NCBI RefSeq assembly: GCF_009557235.1
Contig: NZ_CP045650.1
Location: forward strand, 1,080,001 to 1,112,000
Length of the DNA stretch: 32,000 nt
Reading direction: 5' to 3'
DNA from: Acinetobacter wanghuae
GTDB taxonomy: Bacteria; Pseudomonadota; Gammaproteobacteria; Pseudomonadales; Moraxellaceae
Part shown: piece after piece, positions 18,334 to 26,086 of the stretch
Layout: each line of letters begins with the position of its first letter
Position numbering within the stretch: the first letter of the stretch is position 1
The notes under the pieces: generated by a model
What the model saw: the letters and a program-made list of their open reading frames with translations, nothing else
What the model was told of the DNA's origin: nothing
Database searches by the model: none
Translations under genes and position numbers: made by a program

Positions 18334-19309
18334 AACCTGAATCGCGGATAAGAAATTAACTTGAAAAATAGAAGGACTAGAGCCATCAGTTGAGTTACCA
18401 CACAAAACTCACAACTCTAGTCCCGATGTTTAATAGTACCGAATTATTCTGCTTAATTGATGATTTCTTTCTCAAATTTGAAGCAACCTATTGGAATTTT
18501 CTTAAGCAAAGTAATCGTTCGTTAAGAATCAGAACTGCTCATTTAACCATTTCAGAAATCTGTTTTATCGCGATCTGGTATAAATGTTCTCATTTCAATA
18601 ATTTCAAAGCATTTTTCATTTGGTTAAAAGAAGATAAAAACCATTTATTTAAGTATTTGCCTTGCTATCAAAGGATGATTCATCTGATCAATATGCACCA
18701 ATTGGCTCTACACGCTTTACATGTGGTGCTGATGAAAGACCAAGGTACACAATATTTATGGATTGATTCAACGACTTTGCCAGTTTGTAAAAATCAACGT
18801 ATTCAACGCCATAAATCTTTAGCTAAAATTGCATCTCGTGGTAAAAGTTCAATGGGCTGGTTTTATGGCTGTAAATTGCACATTGCAATGAACCAATTTG
18901 GGGAAATTGCTTGTTCTGCTTTATCGAATGGACATGTTGCTGACATAAAAATGGTTGAGAGACTCGTTAAAGAGATGGAAGCAAAGCTGTATGGAGATCG
19001 TGGCTATATTAGTCAAGAACTGAAGATTAGATTAAAAGAGCAAGGCATTGATTTAATTACCTATCATCGAAAAAATATGCAGGCTATACAACTTTCTGAG
19101 GCAGATAAATATCACTTAAAACAGCGCAATAAGATAGAGACTTTATTCAGTTTATTGAAAGGTCAGTACAATTTAGTGACAAGCAAAGCACGCAGTGTTC
19201 ATGGATTTCTAGGAGGGATTTACGCGTCCTTGTGTGCATATCAATTGATCCATAAAAATAAGCCAACAATTCAAATTATGGAGTCATCGGCTTAAACAGG
19301 ATTCGGGTT
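18334..19309 (+). mobile_element. IS982-family insertion sequence, copy 2 (976 bp), inverted relative to copy 1
   Basis: Same length and near-identical sequence to copy 1. One IRL mismatch (AACCTGAATC versus AACCCGAATC) and one amino-acid difference in the transposase (NMQAIQL versus NMQATQL). The flanks read AAAAA|IS|AAAAA. Confidence 0.85.
18390..19295 (+). CDS. IS982-family DDE transposase
   Basis: 301 aa, 300/301 identical to the copy at 10001-10906. Confidence 0.85.
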   Translation: MSYHTKLTTLVPMFNSTELFCLIDDFFLKFEATYWNFLKQSNRSLRIRTAHLTISEICFIAIWYKCSHFNNFKAFFIWLKEDKNHLFKYLPCYQRMIHLINMHQLALHALHVVLMKDQGTQYLWIDSTTLPVCKNQRIQRHKSLAKIASRGKSSMGWFYGCKLHIAMNQFGEIACSALSNGHVADIKMVERLVKEMEAKLYGDRGYISQELKIRLKEQGIDLITYHRKNMQAIQLSEADKYHLKQRNKIETLFSLLKGQYNLVTSKARSVHGFLGGIYASLCAYQLIHKNKPTIQIMESSA

Positions 19310-19562
19310 AAAAAAATGTTGTTAATGGCATTTTTAGATTTTATTTGATGTAAGTTTTTGATAAAAATATCTTTAAAATTGAACCTCTAAGATTCTTGTG
19401 TGTATCGTACTTATAAATATCCAAAGGATTCAGATAGCCAGTGTAGAGATTTTACTTTCAAACAGTTAAATTGAAGAGACATGCTGTTATGTCCACAAGG
19501 ACTGATAAGATAGCTTAACCAAAATTTAAAGAACAATACGATAAAAATAAAGAGGTACATTT

Positions 19563-20072
19563 ATGAAGAAAATATTAGCTCTCGTATTTGCATTTATAGG
19601 TTCTGTGGCAAATGCCCAATATATTGCAACGAATGATCTTAAAAAAGATTTTCCAGCCGAGTCCTATAAAACAACGAAACCTACAATTGTTGATTTTGAA
19701 ATTATGTATAGCAATACATTCGAAGCTGATGAAAATACTGAAATATTTCCTGAAACGGATAAGAATGGTATATACACAGATGCGGTAATTAAGCTAAAAG
19801 CTTTACCATCAAAAACATTCCCTAAAAAAACACTTGTTGTATATGATGATTTATCAAAGATTCTAAAAATAAATGATAAAGACATCATTCAAAAGTTCAA
19901 ATCTATTTCAAAGAAACAAGATTATCTGTGTACAGTTACAGGACAAATGAATGCTCAATTCCATGTTCATTATGATGGGCGCGATGATATTAGATTTCGT
20001 GATTCCGTGAATGCAGAAATCAAATCAGCAACGCTGATTGGCAAGCCTAAAACAGTTTGTCAAAAGGTATAA
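19563..20072 (+). CDS. Small secreted hypothetical protein (169 aa)
   Basis: Signal peptide MKKILALVFAFIGSVANA|Q. AAGAGG lies 6 nt upstream of the ATG, and a terminator follows directly downstream. Confidence 0.6.
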   Translation: MKKILALVFAFIGSVANAQYIATNDLKKDFPAESYKTTKPTIVDFEIMYSNTFEADENTEIFPETDKNGIYTDAVIKLKALPSKTFPKKTLVVYDDLSKILKINDKDIIQKFKSISKKQDYLCTVTGQMNAQFHVHYDGRDDIRFRDSVNAEIKSATLIGKPKTVCQKV

Positions 20073-20093
20073 CAAAACTTTAAAAGAGGCTAT

Positions 20094-20123
20094 AAATGAA
20101 GCTTATTTTAGCTTCATTTTTTT
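20094..20123 (+). terminator. Rho-independent terminator
   Basis: AAATGAAGC (20094-20102) pairs with GCTTCATTT (20111-20119) around an 8-nt loop, running into a T-tract. Confidence 0.7.
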
Positions 20124-20451
20124 GAGAGATATATGACCTATTAAAATTTTAAGAGTGATGTAGCCTGATTTAGTACGCCTATTACATGGCTTGGGTTTAC
20201 TGTTTAGATTCTCAGTAAACATAGAAAATAAGTGGAATTGGAACGTTAATCTGGGCCAAAATTTCCAATTTTGAATACAACAAACCAATTTTTATTACAT
20301 CAGAATATTTTCCTAAGTGAATGTTTTATTTTCAAATATACGTTTCACGTGAAACTTAAAATAAATAAGTACAGCGCAAAGTTCAGTATTTGAAATTGCT
20401 ACTTTTTGATCATTTGATAAATTTGGATGTATATAGGAAAATCTTCTGATT

Positions 20452-22674
20452 TCATTTAAATTTTTCATTTTTGTCACACATGCCGTCAATTTGAAAAAAT
20501 TCCCTCATTTCATCGAGGGTCTTTGCCAATGTACGGTAAGTATTCAGTGCAAGGCTCGAATAACGATTGCCTAGTTCTTGTTGGTTTCGTTCATGCCCAA
20601 ACAATGCAAGAATCAAAGATTCTTCGGCTTTTCCTGTCAAATAGGCCCGTATGGTATGCCGAAGCCAATTGGCTTGTTCAAGCTGCATGCCTTCCGTAAA
20701 TTGCGCCACGATTGCAGGACTTAAGCTTTGCCATTGATGATCAATAAAAACTGAAAGTAAGGGACGTTTGCTGTCAAAGATCTCTTCAATATGCTGCGTA
20801 CTATTCTCGATTTCGTTCTCTAAACTCGCTGTATTTTGTCTTAAATATTGCTTAAAGGCGTTGAGTTCACGCTTTAGAAAATCACATAAGGGGAGAATTC
20901 GCCCATCATCATGTCGACCGTGGATTTCCTTATCTGATACCCATAACCATCCCTGATTTAAATCAATATCTTTTAGCAATCCCGGAAAGTCCTTCACAGG
21001 TCGAGCACCGGTAAAAAGTAGCAGAATATGCCACATCCAAATATTGTAATGGTTATAGGTTGCAATGGCGTCAAAGCGATGTTGAGCTTGAATCACCTGC
21101 GCATACAAATAAGCAAAAACACAGGTGACGGTTTTCGCTGTAGGGGCTTTTAAACTGCCAAAATTTCCCCCTTGATCTTCGACTTTGATTTGCAGAGCTT
21201 TCACCATGTTGGCTGATAGGATTTGAACTACGTCAAGATATTCACGTTGTAAAAGATACACTGGATAGGAGCAATAGGAGATCGAACTCGAGCGATTAGC
21301 ATCCATGCCGGTCAGAATATCTGCCAATTGTGCATTGCCGGTCAGATGATAAATATGGGCATGGAGTAAGGTACTGAGTTTCTTACTCGTGAGAGAAGGG
21401 ATATAAAGTATTTCCCGACATTGTTGTAATGCCTTCGTGATATCGGCTTGTTCAAGGATCGGCTTTTGCTTGAGCCCCCGAATCAGCACATTGGTCAAAG
21501 GTAAATCAAAATGCATGATTTGATTGTGCAGTGCATCTTTATGTGGAAAGTGCACTGGATCAAATAAAGTAAATTTGGACCGTAGCATATAGCGATCTTC
21601 AATCTGAATGAGACGTTGACGTTGATTTAAACGCGAGATCTTCGGACTTTGTACCTTAAGCCATTCCTCAGTGGAATTACCCGTAAGGAAACTGAGTAAA
21701 ATAATGAGATAGGCTTTATTCTTCAATTGCGCTGTACTGTATTGGTTCCAACAATGTGAGACCAATAAGCGGATTGATTCCAGATCGGGATAATGATTAC
21801 TACTGCCAAAGCGATGCTGTAGCCGAATAATGTGCTGTTGCATCAATTGAACGGACTTACTTTGTAGTACCCTCGACTGTTTGCATAGTGGTGACACTGC
21901 ATCCGTTTCAATCTGTGCATGTTGGATCTCTGGATGATCTGCTAGTTCTTCATATTGTAGAGATCGAGTCGTGGAGGATGTTGGCAATTCCTGCACCATC
22001 AATAGATGATCTGAATCATCTAAAGGATAATGTTCCAGCTTTTTTTGCACACTATTGCTATGCCCAGCTTTTTTTGGACTTGCATTCAATACATATTGAT
22101 AAGCACGTCTGAGATCTCGGATCAAATTAAATTGGAAAGTGGTTAAAGTACCAGAGTGTTCTAATGCACTGAGCTGTTGAATGAAATCCTCAAGGCTGAT
22201 CTGGGCCTGTGGCAATTGCTCCCATAACCATAAATATAACTTGTCATATTTAGAGAGCTTTTTACCTTGTTCGGATTTAAACAAGGCTTGTGAAGCCAAA
22301 CGAAAGCGTGTCACTAAGATGAGGATCGTAGCTTTATGTTCATCTGAGGCATAAGCAATATGATGCAAGGCGATTAAAGCATGCATGGTATTGACCGCCC
22401 ATTGATAAGCAATATGATCAGTTTTTAGATGTCTTAATGTATATAAATAACTGCTGATCGGGGCTTGAGTCAGATGAGGTGCACGATAAGGCAGATGCAC
22501 CTCTAAATTTTCCAATGAGATCGTTTGACGATCTGTATATGCCAAAAGATCTACGTTTAAATCTTCAATCGAAGGTGTTTGGCAAAGAAAATGTGCACCC
22601 ATATATCGAAAGGTTTCCAATACATCTTCTGCAACCAATAATGATCTCATTTTTAATCGCATCATCTCACTCAT
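20452..22674 (-). CDS. Large (about 740 aa) protein with a C-terminal tyrosine-recombinase-like catalytic domain and an unassigned N-terminal region of roughly 500 aa
   Basis: The C-terminal 250 aa contains LLLFTGARPVKDFPGLLKDIDL (box I Arg). It also has NWLRHTIRAYL (box II Arg, with Asn where the first His usually sits) and LFGHERNQQELGNRYSS (His...Tyr nucleophile candidate). I prefer the ATG at 22674 (MSEMMRLK), which overlaps the upstream stop by 8 nt (ATGAGTGA). The track start is 22713. Confidence 0.6.
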   Translation of the reverse strand: MSEMMRLKMRSLLVAEDVLETFRYMGAHFLCQTPSIEDLNVDLLAYTDRQTISLENLEVHLPYRAPHLTQAPISSYLYTLRHLKTDHIAYQWAVNTMHALIALHHIAYASDEHKATILILVTRFRLASQALFKSEQGKKLSKYDKLYLWLWEQLPQAQISLEDFIQQLSALEHSGTLTTFQFNLIRDLRRAYQYVLNASPKKAGHSNSVQKKLEHYPLDDSDHLLMVQELPTSSTTRSLQYEELADHPEIQHAQIETDAVSPLCKQSRVLQSKSVQLMQQHIIRLQHRFGSSNHYPDLESIRLLVSHCWNQYSTAQLKNKAYLIILLSFLTGNSTEEWLKVQSPKISRLNQRQRLIQIEDRYMLRSKFTLFDPVHFPHKDALHNQIMHFDLPLTNVLIRGLKQKPILEQADITKALQQCREILYIPSLTSKKLSTLLHAHIYHLTGNAQLADILTGMDANRSSSISYCSYPVYLLQREYLDVVQILSANMVKALQIKVEDQGGNFGSLKAPTAKTVTCVFAYLYAQVIQAQHRFDAIATYNHYNIWMWHILLLFTGARPVKDFPGLLKDIDLNQGWLWVSDKEIHGRHDDGRILPLCDFLKRELNAFKQYLRQNTASLENEIENSTQHIEEIFDSKRPLLSVFIDHQWQSLSPAIVAQFTEGMQLEQANWLRHTIRAYLTGKAEESLILALFGHERNQQELGNRYSSLALNTYRTLAKTLDEMREFFQIDGMCDKNEKFK

Positions 22675-23221
22675 GTTCAGCCCTCCAAAACATGGCTGAA
22701 TCGAGATGCTCATATTTCAATGCTTCGCATTTGGCTTGCAGCGCAGACCACTTCAATTTAAATGCTTGATCAATATGCGATTGACGATAATTTAATTGGT
22801 TGCGTGTACAACCAAGAAACTGTGCCAACAGGTGTATCGACATGCTGGTATGCGGTTTGTCGTATAGACGACAGTTCTGATCATAAATAAAAGTTTTACT
22901 CAGATGTTGATTCAGCAAAGACAATAATCTGTTGGGATAGATCTGATTGATCTCAATTTTAGAATGCAACAACATCGAAATAAATGCTTGTGTCATTTGA
23001 AAATGGAGCGCTTCGACGCTCAATTTTTCACTTTGATTGCCTATTTTCTTTTGTACAGCGTGAAATAATTTGAGTTGTGGATGGATCCCAAATAGGGAGG
23101 GCATTGCATGATGAACTTCATGAACACAGAGCTGAATCCCCTTGTTGATTTTGGTAATAGCAAGGGCTTTTTCCTTAGACAACTGCTGCACTTGGTCTGA
23201 AGCTGATTTTTTTGTTTTCAT
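22667..23221 (-). CDS. Hypothetical protein (184 aa), translationally coupled to the recombinase-like gene
   Basis: ORF whose stop overlaps the downstream start. It contains a possible HTH-like segment, MSIHLLAQFLGCTRNQLNYRQSHI. No family recognised. Confidence 0.5.
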   Translation of the reverse strand: MKTKKSASDQVQQLSKEKALAITKINKGIQLCVHEVHHAMPSLFGIHPQLKLFHAVQKKIGNQSEKLSVEALHFQMTQAFISMLLHSKIEINQIYPNRLLSLLNQHLSKTFIYDQNCRLYDKPHTSMSIHLLAQFLGCTRNQLNYRQSHIDQAFKLKWSALQAKCEALKYEHLDSAMFWRAEHE

Positions 23222-23524
23222 CGTTGTTTTATTCTTTTTATTCGATAGCTCAATGGTAAAGCTAAAATAAATGCTTTGACTGCTTGATCAAAAACTTGGG
23301 AATAAGGTGGCAGGTTTTTGTTGAAAAGTGGGTGCTTTTATCATGGTATGAGCACAGATTGCTTATGATCGAAAGACTTTAATTTAATGAAATATATGAA
23401 TTTGAATCATCTAGAATCTGATGGGTTTTCAGCCATATTGTATTTTTATAAATGATTAGAGATGGTAAGCAAGTCATCACATCAAAATATATACATGAAG
23501 AAGAAACGTAGAAGGATAAAAATA

Positions 23525-24568
23525 ATGAAAGTTCAGATCGTTTATTTGCTATTAGCGGCGACGTTATTGAGTGGTTCTGCAGCCATCTCTGCAAAGACCA
23601 TACAAGAGCCTTTTATCCCAGCGATAGCAGGACTGCAAAGTAAAGCAATGCTATTAGGCTTTGCTAAAAACCAATACGATTTAGGGATGGCATATTATGA
23701 TGAGACTAAAATTCCAAGAAATACAGCGAAGGCGATTGAATGGCTCACCCTTGCTAGTGAAAAAAATTATGCTCCTGCCAAAGTGACACTGGCGAAAATG
23801 CTTTTAACTGGCGATGGTGTAAAACCGAATCAGGCATTAGCGATGCAACTGCTGCAACAAGCAGTTGGGCAAGGGGATGAACAAGCCAAACAAATATTAA
23901 AGAACATAGCTAATGTTTCGGCAGCTTCTCAACAGTATTCAGCGGTTGATCAGACTTTATTGTGTAAGGGCTGGCATACCCAAAATATGACAATTCCTTT
24001 CTTTTTAGAGCAACTGTCTCGAGATGACGTTGAAGGGAAAGCACATAAGAATATAGAAACACAGCTAAAGCAAAATTATATACAGCAAGATGTTTATAAA
24101 TACTATCCAGAATATAAAGATGCTGAAGGTGACATACCTTATATACAAATATTTTTGCCTAAAAATGTGAATACGTCATTATTTAATAAAATTGAGTTAA
24201 CCAATCATTATGGCTATGGCTTTAATTTTGAAGGAACCATTAGACCGAGTGAAAGTATTGAGAAGTTGAAAAAACTTATCGAAGATCGAGATAAAATTCA
24301 GTTAAAGCAACTTAATGCTGAACAATTCAATCGTGATTTAAGACAGATGAACTTATTTCATTCACGACAAAATTATGACGCTGCAGGGAAAATAACAGAA
24401 AAATTAACAGCGCAATTCCAAAACTCTTATCTTATACACAAGGATAACCTGCAATCACTATATTTTGCTTCCAAACCTCGTGATGCAGATAATTACTTTT
24501 GGGAGTTTATCTATTTAACCAAGCTGAAAAATGGCAATGTACAAATGATTTGCGGTGTTACTTCGTAA
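23525..24568 (+). CDS. Secreted Sel1-repeat (TPR-like) protein with an unassigned C-terminal domain of roughly 200 aa
   Basis: Start at ATG 23525 (AAGGA about 10 nt upstream) gives the signal peptide MKVQIVYLLLAATLLSGSAAISA|K. Sel1-type repeats: NQYDLGMAYYDETKIPRNTAKAIEWLTLASEKNYAPAKVTLAKMLLTGDGVKPNQALAMQLLQQAVGQGDEQAKQIL. Confidence 0.7.
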   Translation: MKVQIVYLLLAATLLSGSAAISAKTIQEPFIPAIAGLQSKAMLLGFAKNQYDLGMAYYDETKIPRNTAKAIEWLTLASEKNYAPAKVTLAKMLLTGDGVKPNQALAMQLLQQAVGQGDEQAKQILKNIANVSAASQQYSAVDQTLLCKGWHTQNMTIPFFLEQLSRDDVEGKAHKNIETQLKQNYIQQDVYKYYPEYKDAEGDIPYIQIFLPKNVNTSLFNKIELTNHYGYGFNFEGTIRPSESIEKLKKLIEDRDKIQLKQLNAEQFNRDLRQMNLFHSRQNYDAAGKITEKLTAQFQNSYLIHKDNLQSLYFASKPRDADNYFWEFIYLTKLKNGNVQMICGVTS

Positions 24569-24726
24569 TTCAGATGACTCACCTCAAGATGATTTGTTGT
24601 TAGCAGAAATCGATGCCAGTGAAACCAGAAGGTTTTTGTTGAATAAATACCGAATTTTAGATGGGGATATTGAATGTTCGAATATCAGTTATTGTATAAG
24701 ATTTTGAAATATATGAATGTTTAATA

Positions 24727-25155
24727 ATGAAAATCTGTAAGGTTTTCACTTGTTTTGTATTATCTCCAGGGGAGACGCTAAAAGTTGTTAATCATGCTCA
24801 TAAATTAAATAGTGATAGTCCATTCCAATATTATGTGGGAACGTATCGTAGTAATATTTTCTCAGTAGGACTTAAACGCGGTGATACTTATGGAGAGTGG
24901 GCAGAATTAGGAGCCATAAGGGGAGGTATATTCCCATTGTTGTATACCACTCAGCCACAGGCATTAAATGGTATTAAACGTGGTACAAATGGTTTGGTGG
25001 AACAAGAGATTGAGTTTTCTGGAAGTGATATTCAAGGTAAAAAAGTATTTGCCAAGATTATTACTCCTGATACGATAGAAATTGGACTATCTAGCACTAT
25101 CGATACTGTGGAACACCAAGTAACGCATTGTCGGACTGTTCAACTAAAAAATTGA
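24727..25155 (+). CDS. Hypothetical protein (142 aa)
   Basis: ORF only, with no recognisable motif. It is the last gene before the right-hand att-like repeat. Confidence 0.4.
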   Translation: MKICKVFTCFVLSPGETLKVVNHAHKLNSDSPFQYYVGTYRSNIFSVGLKRGDTYGEWAELGAIRGGIFPLLYTTQPQALNGIKRGTNGLVEQEIEFSGSDIQGKKVFAKIITPDTIEIGLSSTIDTVEHQVTHCRTVQLKN

Positions 25156-25313
25156 TTTTTTGAATAAAGAGCGGGTCTTGATTTGATTCAATGCCCCGCC
25201 GAAATTTTCATAAATTCTTACAAAAAAAGCCTCTTTTTTTTGTATAATGTTTTGTATAAATAATATTTAAATCTTATATAAGTGTTTGAATTTAAATAAA
25301 TATATTTATTAAT

Positions 25314-25337
25314 GGAATTGGATATACCTACCAAGAT
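25314..25337 (+). repeat. att-like direct repeat copy B (right end of island 2, island/chromosome junction)
   Basis: GGAATTGGATATACCTACCAAGAT matches copy A at 6822-6846. In frame it reads GIGYTYQDMLIHQH, with the stop TAA at 25356-25358. A strong terminator follows immediately. Confidence 0.6.
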
Positions 25338-25355
25338 ATGTTGATTCATCAACAC

Positions 25356-25388
25356 TAAAAAGCCCACTGAAAAAGTGGGCTTTTTTTA
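25356..25388 (+). terminator. Rho-independent terminator directly after the displaced gene tail
   Basis: AGCCCACT (25361-25368) pairs with AGTGGGCT (25374-25381) around a 5-nt loop, followed by seven T. Confidence 0.8.
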
Positions 25389-25970
25389 TGGTTAATATTC
25401 TTTTAAGTGGCTATGTATAGCTCATTAAACTTTAGTCGAATAACGGAATCATAAAATCAGCAATCCGTAATGTCTAAAGCAATTTTTTAGCCATGATTTG
25501 AAAGTTAATCTTAAGAATTTTTTATAAAAATAATTTAAATTTTGACTTATAGTTAAAGTGTAGCTTGATTAACTTTTAAATAATAATAAGTTATTGAATA
25601 TTATTATTTTATTTGATTTTTAATATTATCTACTTAGAGCTTTTATCAATGATTTTCCGTGGGTTATTAAGAAGAATTTTCTTGTTTAAAAAATATTCTT
25701 TTAAATCTATGCTGAAATCATTCTATTTGTCTTTTTCATATAAAAAAATGATACAACAAAGCTGCTGTTTAGTACTCAGTTGTGCTCAGAAAATAGCGTA
25801 TAATACGCGAAAGAATTGTGAAGCATCTCGATCATAAAGTTCTTTAACGACTTCAATACTTAAGTGAATTTTCATGTTTCATTGAAGCATCTTGTGAATA
25901 GGATTGGCATCATTGAGTCAATTATTTTGTATGATTTTTCATCAAATTCACAAGCTGAAATCATATTTCG

Positions 25971-25999
25971 TTGACGGAAATATGTGAAGCAACGATACT
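25971..25999 (+). promoter_or_regulatory. Candidate sigma70 promoter of icd
   Basis: TTGACG (25971-25976), a 17-nt spacer, then GATACT (25994-25999), about 88 nt upstream of the icd ATG. This is a pattern match only. Confidence 0.35.
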
Positions 26000-26086
26000 C
26001 ACAATGTTTTTATTTAAGCAAATGGTTCATTGGGGCGGAGCATTTATTCGCTTCTCAAAAACTCTATACAATGCAAGGGGCTATAT

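Noticed and set aside
9979-19320. A target-site duplication at the outer ends of the IS pair, which would prove en-bloc composite transposition.
   Set aside because: The outer flanks (…AAATT on the left, AAAAA… on the right) do not match each other. The only matches are the 5-nt flanks of each individual copy, and these are too low in complexity to be decisive either way.
20342-20355. A perfect 14-bp palindrome, GTTTCACGTGAAAC, downstream of the recombinase-like gene. It could be a protein binding or recombination site.
   Set aside because: About two perfect 14-bp palindromes are expected by chance in 32 kb, and no second copy or partner site was found.
20403-23294. A 10-bp inverted repeat, TTTTTGATCA (20403-20412) and TGATCAAAAA (23285-23294), exactly enclosing the two-gene recombinase module. 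These could be the termini of a small mobile element.
   Set aside because: The match does not extend beyond 10 nt. It is A/T-rich, and by rough estimate has a non-negligible chance expectation (order 0.1-0.2) for flanks of this size. It is kept only as a note for anyone testing mobility of the module.
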